IMG/VR virus record: IMGVR_UViG_3300036831_000067
Span: 1 to 64,000 of that record
Origin: a virus
Length of the DNA: 64,000 nt
Reading direction: 5' to 3' (one strand)
A program made the translations under genes and the position numbers. Each line of letters opens with the position of its first letter. Within the stretch, counting starts at the first letter, position 1. The notes below the pieces were generated by a model. The model saw only the letters and a program-made list of their open reading frames with translations, was not told the origin of the DNA and searched no databases. Below, in pieces: positions 16,504-25,635 of this stretch.

Positions 16504-16938
16504 GTGAGCGTGTTCTCTCCCCTGCAGCATTCGTCGTGGCACTGGCACCCCCGCGTCAAGACCGGTGGCCAGCTTCCGATCGCCGACCGCGCCGTGGACA
16601 CGGTGGTGGCCTTCCTCGGATCGTTTCGGTATCTGGCGTGGCAGACGGTCGCCCTGGTGATATGGGTGCTATTGAACGTGCGTTGGGCGATCCCCCAACT
16701 GATGATGCATCCCTGGGACCCGTACCCGTTCATCTTCTTGAACCTGGCGATGAGCGCGCAGGCCGCCTATGCAGCTCCGTTGATCCTGGCGGCCGGTATC
16801 CGCGCGGACGCCAAGCGTGAAGCAGTGGCGGCCGAGACCCATGAGGGTGTGGCGGAGCTGCGCCAGCACGCTCAGGAGAGCCGCGCGCAACTGCGCGAAC
16901 TGCAGGACAAGGTTGACCGGTTGGTGGCGCACCTGTAA
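16504..16938 (+). CDS. DUF1003 membrane protein
   Basis: ADRAVD...GSFRY...WDPYPFIFLNLAMSAQAAYAAPLIL signature. Confidence 0.9.
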   Translation: MSVFSPLQHSSWHWHPRVKTGGQLPIADRAVDTVVAFLGSFRYLAWQTVALVIWVLLNVRWAIPQLMMHPWDPYPFIFLNLAMSAQAAYAAPLILAAGIRADAKREAVAAETHEGVAELRQHAQESRAQLRELQDKVDRLVAHL

Positions 16939-16966
16939 CCCGTCTACTTTGCGCACAGATAAAGAG
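16933..16966 (+). promoter_or_regulatory. Late-class motif (variant)
   Basis: CTGTAA...ATAAAGAG ahead of the head operon. Confidence 0.55.
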
Positions 16967-17001
16967 AAAGGGCAGTTATCTGGCGGAATCAGGGGTCGAA
17001 A

Positions 17002-20000
17002 ATGTCCACTTCAGCGAGTCTAGGGATGTTCGAGATCGATGCGGCATCCGGTATCCAGGAACAGATCAACCAGCAGCAGGCTCTCGACAAGCTAGCCGCT
17101 GCCGCTTACGACGTGCGCGAGCGCTTCGGCGAGTTCCTGTTTCAGGCCGCTTCCGTCGAGGAGTTCCGCGACCGGGTGGCCCTGGTCAAAAACGACGCCA
17201 TGAAGGTGATCGATAAGCACCTGATGCCGGTGACCGGCGTGGTGCGCCGGGTGATGGGTCGCAACTCTGAGCTGGAGAAGGAGTTCCGGTCCCAGCTCGG
17301 TGTGCTCAAGGGCGCCCCCGACAGCGGCAACACCGACGACGGCCGTTTGCACGGTCCCTTCGCGGGTTATGACGACTGGGAGGACTGCACCTCCAAGAAC
17401 TCCGACAAGGGTGACCCGGACGCCTACTGCGGGCAGATTTATCACCAGGTGGAGGAGGGCCGCAAGGACAAGGGCGAGCCCCTGACCGACTTCCAGGACA
17501 AGCAGTCCCGGCGCCGACGCGCCCAGGGCGCCGGGGGTATCGATGACGAAACCTTCCACACCGGTGAGACCCCCGGCAATATCGGAATGGATCCCGGGTC
17601 GGCCAGCCCTTCGGCGACCGGTCTTCAGGACCAGACCCTGCGATCGGCGCACCGTGTGGCGTATGAGGACAGTGGCCCCACCCGGGCGCTGTGGCGCGGC
17701 AAGCCGGTCAAGCCCCAGAACGACAAGGGATATCACCCCCACGGTGACGAGTGGGAGAGGGTCCCCAATGCCGGATACCCCCTCGACGAGGAGGGTCGCG
17801 AGATCACTTCGGAGGACCGCCACGATCCCGAATGGGAGAACGTGCTGCACGAGCGCCAGCGCCGGGAGAAGGCCAAGAAGCCACCGCGCCCTCAGCCCCG
17901 TGACCACGGCGAGCAGTACTTCCGCGATCAGACGCGTCGTAGCCAGAAGACGGCGACTGTGGTGCCCGGTGACCGCGTGGAACTTCACCCCGCCACCGAC
18001 GCCTGGATGAGTGGTGACAGGTACGGAGAGGTTCAACACGTCACTCCCACCCACGCGCATGTGCTGATGGACCGCAGTGGGAAGACGAGAAAAATCCCGC
18101 ACGAGATGTACAGGTACGTCGACAAGCATGGCGAAAAGGATGTCTATGGCCGCCGTACGGCGCGGCCGTTTGCGGATTTCCGTGATGCCATCGACGAGGA
18201 CCGGCCGTTCACTCCCGAGGAGGAGGAGGCTTCGGCTCGGCAATACCGCGAGCGTCCGCCCATCCACTTCGACCCGCGCGCGGCCCGGCGCCGCCAGGCT
18301 GAGGAGGAGGGCCGCCCCCTTCTGGATACTGACGAGACCTTCGAGGATCACCAGGGCGAAGAGTTGGAGCCTGAGGGTGACTTCAAGGGTTACCTCAGCG
18401 ACGTCGACCAGGGCGCCCCGGAGAAGATCGACGATAACTTCGTCGACAATCCCGATGCCCGAGAGCACACCGAGAACCCGGCCACCAGTGGGGACTTCGC
18501 CAAGGCCTCCTCGGTCTATCGCCAGTTCGTCGCCTTTTGCCGACACAACCGGTTGCCTCTTCACCTGGGCACTTTGGAGCGCCATGGCCGCAGGCTGTCT
18601 GATCGGGACTATCTGATCATCGCGCGCCAGATGCAGGCCGAGACATACCAGGGCGAGGGCGACGTTGAAAAGAAGTCGGGTCCCTTCGCCGGGCCGCACG
18701 GTTCCTTTCCGGTAGGTACCCCTGAGGATCTGGATCACGCCAAGGATGTCTGCAATATGCCCTCGGTGAAGTCCAAGCACCCGGGCACCTGCGAGAGCAT
18801 CGAGAAGCGGCAGAAACCGGCGCGGCGCCAGAAAGACAGGGGTTCCAGCCGCCGTCGCACCGCTCAGCCCGACTATTTGCAAAAGGCCGATGAGGCGCTG
18901 ACGAATCTGCTCAACCAACGTGCCGAGCAGTTCCAGGAGGAGGTCGCCCCCTTCCAGCAGGCGCTACAGACCGTGCAGCAGGCCGAGCAGGCCGTGCAGG
19001 CGCAGAACCCGTTGCAGGTGCAGCCACCGGCCGGGACGGTCAACGTGCTGCCTGACCAGGGTGGCCAGGGTGCAGACCAGGGTATGCCACCGGCTGACCA
19101 GGGTGCCCCGCCACCGGCGGCGGCCGAGCAGGGTGGCTTGCCCCCTGACCAGGGCGCCATGCCTCCTCAGGTGGCCGGTAAGCAGCGTAAGCGAGGTGGT
19201 CAGGGAAAAGGTAAGGCCCGGCGCCGCCGGGCCGACAGCCGCCAGGATCGCCACGGTGGCGTGATCGACCACTTCCAAAACTGGCTCAAGCAGCGTGGCG
19301 AGCTGGGCCGGGGCGGCTGGCCCGACATCGAGGCCTGGGCCAACGAGAACAACATCGGTGAGCGCGGCAAATCGATGGTGCACCAGCATCTCTACGGGCC
19401 GCAGACAACGCAGCCAACGGCGGGTCGCCACGATGCTCCGCCCTCCTCCCTCACCGATGAGGACCGCTATCAGCAGTGGGCGGCCGAGCAGGGCCGTGAT
19501 CCAGATGACTGGGACACCTTCATTCATCACCAGTTCCAGCCCGGTCGGCATGAGGGAAGACGCAAGCAGGCCTGGCAGGGCTGGGGACCCGTCCCGCAGA
19601 ACGATCACCGCCGGGTGGCGGGCTGGGACTGGAACGATTACCTCAATGCCTATACCGCCGGTGCCCCGGCCAGGTTCGCCTGTGAGTGCGGGGAAGCCTT
19701 TGACATACCGAGTGGCTTCCACACCTGTCGGTGCGGCAAGCAGTGGAACTCCTGCGTGATCGGAAGTGGGGGCGCCAATCACGAGGCCAGTGCCGAGCAG
19801 TACCTGGTGCGTGAGATCCCGGTCAGGCCCGGGGTGGTGGTGGCCAACCGCCGGTCCAAGTTTGTCGGCTACGACGAGGACGACGACTTCGATGATGACC
19901 GGCCCCCAGAAAGGAAGCGAAACCGCTTCCAGGATGACGCGTGGCGCAATCGTGGCATCGACGACGACCAGCTGGGTAACGCGGTGATCCGCCATCACGG

Positions 20001-20862
20001 GGTTGATTTAGCACAGTACGGGCTCGATCCCGGCACCCTGCACGACTATGGCCCGACCTTTCAGGCGCTGGCCGACCACATCACCGGTCTCGGCCACGAG
20101 TATTCGGGACACCTCAACGATCTCTACCACGACGTGCACCACGTCTATCACAACTACGGCAAGGACTGGGCGAACCAGGCCAAGGACTGGACCGACCGCC
20201 ATGTTCGTCAGTTCGGCAAGCCGCCGTCCACCGAGGACCTGGTATCGCATGCCCGCGACTTCCTGGAACAGCACCCCGGCCTTGTCCAGGTCCACGCTTC
20301 GCGGCGGCATCGCGCCGCGCATCCCCCGCTCTCCGGCAAGGCCAGTTGCCAGCACTGCTGGAACGAGTCGCAGGAGCGCGGCGCGTCGAACACTCCCTAC
20401 CTGGACCTGCTCAAGAGCCGCCACCACAGTGAGCTGACACACCAGTTCCACCAGGACCGTTACCTGGAACAGCAGCGCCAGAACGCCAAGCCTCGGGGCC
20501 CGGGCAGGAGACGCGATCGTGCGGCCGGGTATGCCGATGAGCATCCCGAGGCCTTCCCTTACGAGCACCTCAAGCCCGGGGAGGATCCCTTCGCCGATCG
20601 TCCGCGCTTCCCCAAGCAACATCCCCCGCCCGAGTATCTGCCGCACGAGGACGAGGACTATGACCGGGTAGCGCGACGTAAACGTCGCCGGGCGGCCGGG
20701 GATCACGAGGCCATCGAGGGCGAGGAGGAGGAGCCGTTCAACAACCCACCCCACCGGGTGCCCACCTTCGCCACCCCTGACGACTGGCACCGGCGTGACC
20801 CGAAGGGCAAGTGGACCCCCAAGAGCCCGGGCCCGCGCAAGAGACACCGGACGATGTCGTGA
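17002..20862 (+). CDS. Large modular head-associated protein (1286 aa)
   Basis: Lies upstream of the portal; Cys/His motifs (CECG...CRCGKQW); modules separated by basic-x-Ala linkers. Confidence 0.8.
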   Translation: MSTSASLGMFEIDAASGIQEQINQQQALDKLAAAAYDVRERFGEFLFQAASVEEFRDRVALVKNDAMKVIDKHLMPVTGVVRRVMGRNSELEKEFRSQLGVLKGAPDSGNTDDGRLHGPFAGYDDWEDCTSKNSDKGDPDAYCGQIYHQVEEGRKDKGEPLTDFQDKQSRRRRAQGAGGIDDETFHTGETPGNIGMDPGSASPSATGLQDQTLRSAHRVAYEDSGPTRALWRGKPVKPQNDKGYHPHGDEWERVPNAGYPLDEEGREITSEDRHDPEWENVLHERQRREKAKKPPRPQPRDHGEQYFRDQTRRSQKTATVVPGDRVELHPATDAWMSGDRYGEVQHVTPTHAHVLMDRSGKTRKIPHEMYRYVDKHGEKDVYGRRTARPFADFRDAIDEDRPFTPEEEEASARQYRERPPIHFDPRAARRRQAEEEGRPLLDTDETFEDHQGEELEPEGDFKGYLSDVDQGAPEKIDDNFVDNPDAREHTENPATSGDFAKASSVYRQFVAFCRHNRLPLHLGTLERHGRRLSDRDYLIIARQMQAETYQGEGDVEKKSGPFAGPHGSFPVGTPEDLDHAKDVCNMPSVKSKHPGTCESIEKRQKPARRQKDRGSSRRRTAQPDYLQKADEALTNLLNQRAEQFQEEVAPFQQALQTVQQAEQAVQAQNPLQVQPPAGTVNVLPDQGGQGADQGMPPADQGAPPPAAAEQGGLPPDQGAMPPQVAGKQRKRGGQGKGKARRRRADSRQDRHGGVIDHFQNWLKQRGELGRGGWPDIEAWANENNIGERGKSMVHQHLYGPQTTQPTAGRHDAPPSSLTDEDRYQQWAAEQGRDPDDWDTFIHHQFQPGRHEGRRKQAWQGWGPVPQNDHRRVAGWDWNDYLNAYTAGAPARFACECGEAFDIPSGFHTCRCGKQWNSCVIGSGGANHEASAEQYLVREIPVRPGVVVANRRSKFVGYDEDDDFDDDRPPERKRNRFQDDAWRNRGIDDDQLGNAVIRHHGVDLAQYGLDPGTLHDYGPTFQALADHITGLGHEYSGHLNDLYHDVHHVYHNYGKDWANQAKDWTDRHVRQFGKPPSTEDLVSHARDFLEQHPGLVQVHASRRHRAAHPPLSGKASCQHCWNESQERGASNTPYLDLLKSRHHSELTHQFHQDRYLEQQRQNAKPRGPGRRRDRAAGYADEHPEAFPYEHLKPGEDPFADRPRFPKQHPPPEYLPHEDEDYDRVARRKRRRAAGDHEAIEGEEEEPFNNPPHRVPTFATPDDWHRRDPKGKWTPKSPGPRKRHRTMS

Positions 20863-21230
20863 TCGCCTCGGTGTGTCACAGCTGTAAGAAGCTGGCCGAC
20901 GTGGTATATACCGACAGGCTGGGACTGGGGTACTGCGTTCGGTGCCTGCCCAGCCTCCCGGTGACCAGCGAGATGCTGGGCCTGCAGTACCTGATGACGA
21001 CAGTGCCGTTCAAGGAGGGCGATCGCGTGCAGTGCCGGACCGGCGGAGTCATCTTCGACGGCGTCGGCACCGTGCAGGAGGTCTCCTTCGACCTGGAGCA
21101 TGGCGGCACGCTGATCTTCCCGATGTTCCGGGTGAGCATCGATGAGCCCGCCGACGAGCTGAGCCCGGCCGAGGGTTGGTACAGTGAAATTTGTTTAGCT
21201 AGGGTAAAAGATGACGCTCACAGTAGCTGA
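20859..21230 (+). CDS. Hypothetical protein (Zn ribbon plus SH3-like domain)
   Basis: CHSC...CVRC, then FKEGDRVQCRTGG...G.GTV. Confidence 0.75.
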   Translation: MIASVCHSCKKLADVVYTDRLGLGYCVRCLPSLPVTSEMLGLQYLMTTVPFKEGDRVQCRTGGVIFDGVGTVQEVSFDLEHGGTLIFPMFRVSIDEPADELSPAEGWYSEICLARVKDDAHSS

Positions 21231-21663
21231 ACGGGCGGAATCGTATCGACAGCGGGGATTGAGAATAGGTGCTGTCCAGAAGGGCATACCTAAGATCCGG
21301 TGTCAGCCAGGTTGTCAATGCAATAAGCATCGTGATGGAACCCAAGGCCGACGTTTCAACAAGCAGAAAGGTTACTTTGTTCTAGTTGGCATCGTTCACC
21401 CTTTGACCGGTCGAGGTGAATTAAGTGGTCCTGTTTTCGAACATCGAATGGTTTTGTGGGACAAGCTCGGATGTCGGTCTCTGGATTGTGTTCATCCGTG
21501 TTATTGGTGCGGGAAACCTTTAATCTGGGCAACGATTAAGGCTGATCATCTTGATGGAGACAGGCTCAATAACGATCCTGAGAATTTAGAGCCTTCCTGT
21601 AATTCCTGCAACATTCGACGCGGAAGGGCTGGTAGCCCGATCGACTGGAAGCCCACGCGATGA
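21211..21663 (+). CDS. HNH homing endonuclease
   Basis: EHRMVL...CYWCGK...DHLDGDRLNNDPENLEPSCNSCN; AT-richer than its neighbours. Confidence 0.9.
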   Translation: MTLTVAERAESYRQRGLRIGAVQKGIPKIRCQPGCQCNKHRDGTQGRRFNKQKGYFVLVGIVHPLTGRGELSGPVFEHRMVLWDKLGCRSLDCVHPCYWCGKPLIWATIKADHLDGDRLNNDPENLEPSCNSCNIRRGRAGSPIDWKPTR

Positions 21664-24215
21664 CCGCACCCTTCACCGTCAACGACCGGCGCGGTACCCG
21701 GCGCACCGCCTCCGGGCTCTACGTCGGCAACGCGGACCAGGAGTTCAGCCGGTTACGCCAGGCGGGCTACACGTTGCCCAGCTCCAGGGTGCAGGCCCGG
21801 TTGGAGGCTCGCCGGGTCGCCGACACGGTGACCGGCGGATCGATGGTCGACAGCCACAACCGGGCGATGATGTCGCAGATGCGCCGGGCCAAGATGGCCA
21901 GCCTGCGTACCGGGGCCAATATCCAGCTGGCATTGCCCAAGCTGCGTAGTCCTCTGGGCAGCCTCGAAGACAAGGGCATCCCGTTCAATGTCGAGGATCC
22001 CAAGGAATTATCCGAATGTCGCCGCTGGGCCCGGGCCTTTTACGTCACCCATGACCTGGTGCCGTTACTGGTCGACATCTATGCACGATTCCCGTTGGTG
22101 GGTCTGGAGTTCAAATCGACGGACTCGCTGATCGAGAAATTCTATACGGCCATGTTCCTGGACAATTTGGACTACGAGAATTTTCTTCCCGACTGTCTGG
22201 GCCGTGAATACTACATCGCCGGGGAAGTCACCTCGCTGGCTCATTTCAATGAGTCCCTGGGCATCTGGTCCTCCGAGGAGGTCCTCAACCCCGACTTCGT
22301 GCGGGTATCCAAGAGCGTGTTCATCGAGGAGGAGCGTGTCCAGCTGCTCGTCAAATCGATGGTCGAGAGCCTGCGCGACGGTCCCAAGGGCTCACCGTCT
22401 GAAGAGTCGCGCTCCGAGCGCGAGGAGCGCACCTTCGAGTACCGCCAGCTGGTCAAGTACTACCCCGAACTGATCCGCGCCGCCCAGCAGGACGACGGCC
22501 TGGACATCAGCCCGGCGCTGTGGAGCCGCATCGTCAACAAGGCCGCCCCGTGGGAGGACCGGGGAACCCCGTTCCTGCTGCGCTCTTACCGGACCCTGAT
22601 GATGGAGGAGAGCCTCAACGCCGCCCAGGACGCGGTAGCCGACCGGCTCTACAGCCCGATGATCCTGGCCACCCTCGGCATCGAGAACATGGGCGACGGA
22701 CTGCCCTGGATTCCCGACCAGGACGATCTCGACGCCCTGCGCGACGACATGCAGAACGCCTTGGCGGCCGATTTCAAGCTGGTCTGCCACCACATGGGTC
22801 TCAACGTCCAGAACGTGTTCGGTCGCGAGAGCGTCCCCCGATTCGACCAGGACTACGAGCGCATCGACCTCAAGCTGATGCAGGCCTGGGGGATTGGCTC
22901 GGCCTTGATCATGGGCGGTACCGCAGCGGCGGGCACCTACGCCTCCAGTGCCCTGAACCGCGAGGTCTGCGAGTTGCTGATGAAGTCCTTCCAGAAGAAG
23001 GTCATCAAGCACATCAAGCAGCGCATGGAGGTCATCGCCGAGGCCCAGGAGCACTATGCCTACGAGAAGAAGGGCGGCTACCGGCGCCCGCTGTACCGCG
23101 AGGTGGTGCAGTTCAACGAGGAGACGGGTGAAGAGGAAATCGTGAGGGTGCCCGAACTGCTGACGCCTGACGTGGAGTTCCGCACCCTCAATCTGCGCGA
23201 CGAGGCCCAGGAACGCCAGTTCATGATCATGCTCAAGGAGCACGGCCTGCCGATCTCCGATAAGAGCATGGCCATCAACACGCCGATCGATTTTGAGCAG
23301 GAATTGCCGCGCACCTCCGATGAGACCGTCGACAAGATCGTGGCCCAGGCCGAGGCACTCGGGAAGGCCCAGGAGATCGTCGACGCCAAGAAGCTGCCCT
23401 ACCCGCAGGACCTGGCCACCTTCCTCACCAACACCCTGCTGTTGCGCCAGCAGTTGGCGCAGACCCAGATCATGGAGGCCCAGGCCAAGATGGCTTCCCC
23501 GGAGGGTCAGGCCCAGGCCGCGCTGGCACAGGCCGGGGCTGGGGGAGAGCAGCAGGAGGGTGCTCAGCCCGCGCTTCCCCCCGGAATGCCGATGCCCGGC
23601 GCGGGAGCAGAGGAGGGCGGCGCCCCGCCGCAGGGTCCTATGGCTGGACCACCCCCGGCAGGCGCCCCGATGCAGATGGGGGCGGCGGTCACCAATGGAA
23701 AGCCGTCGCCCTTCACGGTGTTCGGGCCGTCGGCGGCCGCGCCCGGTGTGCTGCCACCGGAGATGGAGTTCCCTGACGCCGACACCGAGACGGAGACCAC
23801 CGTGACCCCTTCCAAACGCAACTGGGACCAGCCCATGCGCAACTGGGCCCGGCCCACCGAGAGTGACGATCTGAAGTCCAACATGCCGCGACGGGCCAAA
23901 CGAAATGGCGACGAGATCCGTCCGCTTTCCACGCTGGAGGTGGGCCCCAGCTCCCAGGGCCATTCCCGGCGCGTCACCAGAGCCCAGGTGCACGCGGCGA
24001 TTCAGCGCATGGAGGCCCAGGCCTCCCCGCCCTCGGTCGAGGAGCTGGTCAACAGTCCCAAGTTCTATGCGCTGACCAACATGGGTGCCTACGAGGGCCA
24101 GATCCGGGCGGACTTCGCCGAGATCATGGCCGGTGGCGCCGAGGATTCCCGGGATCTGCTCGAGGACACGCTGGAACGCTACGAACATCTGACGGGAGTG
24201 AGGCCGGTGTGGTAG
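21660..24215 (+). CDS. Portal protein
   Basis: LVPLLVDIYARFP...EVLNPD...RGTPFLLRSYR...AVADRLYSP resembles cluster C-type portals; consistent synteny. Confidence 0.85.
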   Translation: MTAPFTVNDRRGTRRTASGLYVGNADQEFSRLRQAGYTLPSSRVQARLEARRVADTVTGGSMVDSHNRAMMSQMRRAKMASLRTGANIQLALPKLRSPLGSLEDKGIPFNVEDPKELSECRRWARAFYVTHDLVPLLVDIYARFPLVGLEFKSTDSLIEKFYTAMFLDNLDYENFLPDCLGREYYIAGEVTSLAHFNESLGIWSSEEVLNPDFVRVSKSVFIEEERVQLLVKSMVESLRDGPKGSPSEESRSEREERTFEYRQLVKYYPELIRAAQQDDGLDISPALWSRIVNKAAPWEDRGTPFLLRSYRTLMMEESLNAAQDAVADRLYSPMILATLGIENMGDGLPWIPDQDDLDALRDDMQNALAADFKLVCHHMGLNVQNVFGRESVPRFDQDYERIDLKLMQAWGIGSALIMGGTAAAGTYASSALNREVCELLMKSFQKKVIKHIKQRMEVIAEAQEHYAYEKKGGYRRPLYREVVQFNEETGEEEIVRVPELLTPDVEFRTLNLRDEAQERQFMIMLKEHGLPISDKSMAINTPIDFEQELPRTSDETVDKIVAQAEALGKAQEIVDAKKLPYPQDLATFLTNTLLLRQQLAQTQIMEAQAKMASPEGQAQAALAQAGAGGEQQEGAQPALPPGMPMPGAGAEEGGAPPQGPMAGPPPAGAPMQMGAAVTNGKPSPFTVFGPSAAAPGVLPPEMEFPDADTETETTVTPSKRNWDQPMRNWARPTESDDLKSNMPRRAKRNGDEIRPLSTLEVGPSSQGHSRRVTRAQVHAAIQRMEAQASPPSVEELVNSPKFYALTNMGAYEGQIRADFAEIMAGGAEDSRDLLEDTLERYEHLTGVRPVW

Positions 24216-24682
24216 CCCTACTGCGCGATCTCAAAACGGCGACGATCCGGTCCCTGCGTCTGATCGCCGGGGTGGCCGATCTAGTGGCCGATGCCTGGGC
24301 CCCTCTCGAGACTCCGCCGGTCTCGCTGACCGACGAAGTTCCCGAGATCAAGACGGCCGTCGAGGAGGTGAACCTCCCACGTGTACAGTTCGGATTGCGG
24401 TTGCCCAATGGAGAGATTGTTTGGGACACCGAGCTGTACCAAAACCGAGGACTGGCCACCACCGAGCAACGCGCAGCGTTATTGGTGGCACTGCGCCAGA
24501 CGGCGGTTGATCTAAGTTTTCCCGAGCAAGATTTTCTGGGGTTCTACGGTTGGGCCCGGCGGTTGTGCTGGCCCCGGACTGGAGAGGTGGGGGAAGAGGT
24601 CGACGTGGTTCCGATGTTCGCACCAGACCCGGTGTCGCTGGGAAGTACCAATGGAAATGTTGAAAGCCCGTTGCCCACATAG
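24209..24682 (+). CDS. Hypothetical protein
   Basis: Overlapping ORF after the portal. Confidence 0.7.
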   Translation: MVALLRDLKTATIRSLRLIAGVADLVADAWAPLETPPVSLTDEVPEIKTAVEEVNLPRVQFGLRLPNGEIVWDTELYQNRGLATTEQRAALLVALRQTAVDLSFPEQDFLGFYGWARRLCWPRTGEVGEEVDVVPMFAPDPVSLGSTNGNVESPLPT

Positions 24683-24734
24683 GGTTCCGGAGTACGGTGT
24701 TCATGATCCCCCTCCTACAGAAAGTTGATCCGCG

Positions 24735-25031
24735 ATGCCGCGTACCACAGATGTCTACTATCTGACGCTGCCGGTAGACAGTATTGACCAGGGCACCAGT
24801 CTGGCCGATTACCTCACCAAACATGGTGTGCATGCGGAGGTGGAACTGCCGGACGGCGTGTTGTGTCCCGTCGAGGAGATGTCGGCCACCGGGTTGATCC
24901 AGCAGCTGCACCAACACTGGAAGCTCTACTGGCAACATTCCGATGCCGAGTTGTTCGGTTTGCCGGTGTTCGTCAAGCCGACTCAGGAACCGTCCGGTTG
25001 TACCGAATGTAACCGGTCGCAATGTGACTGA
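24735..25031 (+). CDS. Hypothetical protein
   Basis: ORF filling the gap; terminal CTEC. Confidence 0.7.
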   Translation: MPRTTDVYYLTLPVDSIDQGTSLADYLTKHGVHAEVELPDGVLCPVEEMSATGLIQQLHQHWKLYWQHSDAELFGLPVFVKPTQEPSGCTECNRSQCD

Positions 25032-25593
25032 TTTCTACCGGAGGGCCGACGCCTCCCAGGCGCAGGCCACCGGAGGCATGGTGGCCTTGTTCCCCCGGTC
25101 GGACTACGCCGAGATGCTGGCTGTGCCCGGTGGCGAGGACATCGATGCGCTGCACTGCACCCTGGCCTTTCTCGGCCAGGATGTCACCGACATGTCCGAC
25201 GGGAACCTGGGAGCGGCCGTGGGCGCCATCGCCGATTCCTACACCTCGATCGAGGCCAACGTCTTCGGGCACGCCATCTTCAACCCCGACGCACCCGGTG
25301 ACGGAGACGATCCGGCCGGGGTGTACTTGTTGACCGATTCCCCCGAACTGGACAAGGTCTACAACGAAATCATCGATGCCGTCGAAGGCGCCTTTCCGAT
25401 ACCCGAGCAGCACGTTCCCTGGATCCCTCACGTGACTTGCAGCTACGGGCGCCCGCCCCTGGTCGGGCAGTACACCGGGCCGATCATCTTCGACCGGCTG
25501 GGCTTCGCGTTCGCCGGTGACACCAGCTTCTACCCCCTGGTGGGGGCAAGCCTTAACGCTTCGGTAGCCAGCTTGACACCCTGGTCCCTGTAG
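25024..25593 (+). CDS. 2H phosphoesterase (2'-5' RNA ligase / Acb1-like)
   Basis: Two HxT motifs (LHCTLAFLG and WIPHVTCSY). Confidence 0.85.
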   Translation: MTDFYRRADASQAQATGGMVALFPRSDYAEMLAVPGGEDIDALHCTLAFLGQDVTDMSDGNLGAAVGAIADSYTSIEANVFGHAIFNPDAPGDGDDPAGVYLLTDSPELDKVYNEIIDAVEGAFPIPEQHVPWIPHVTCSYGRPPLVGQYTGPIIFDRLGFAFAGDTSFYPLVGASLNASVASLTPWSL

Positions 25594-25621
25594 ATCGGCC
25601 GCCTCCCGCCCAAAAAAGGGT
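25588..25621 (+). promoter_or_regulatory. Late-class motif CTGT-N24-AAGGG
   Basis: CTGTAG...AAAAAAGGGT. Confidence 0.75.
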
Positions 25622-25635
25622 AGGAGGATGCCGCG

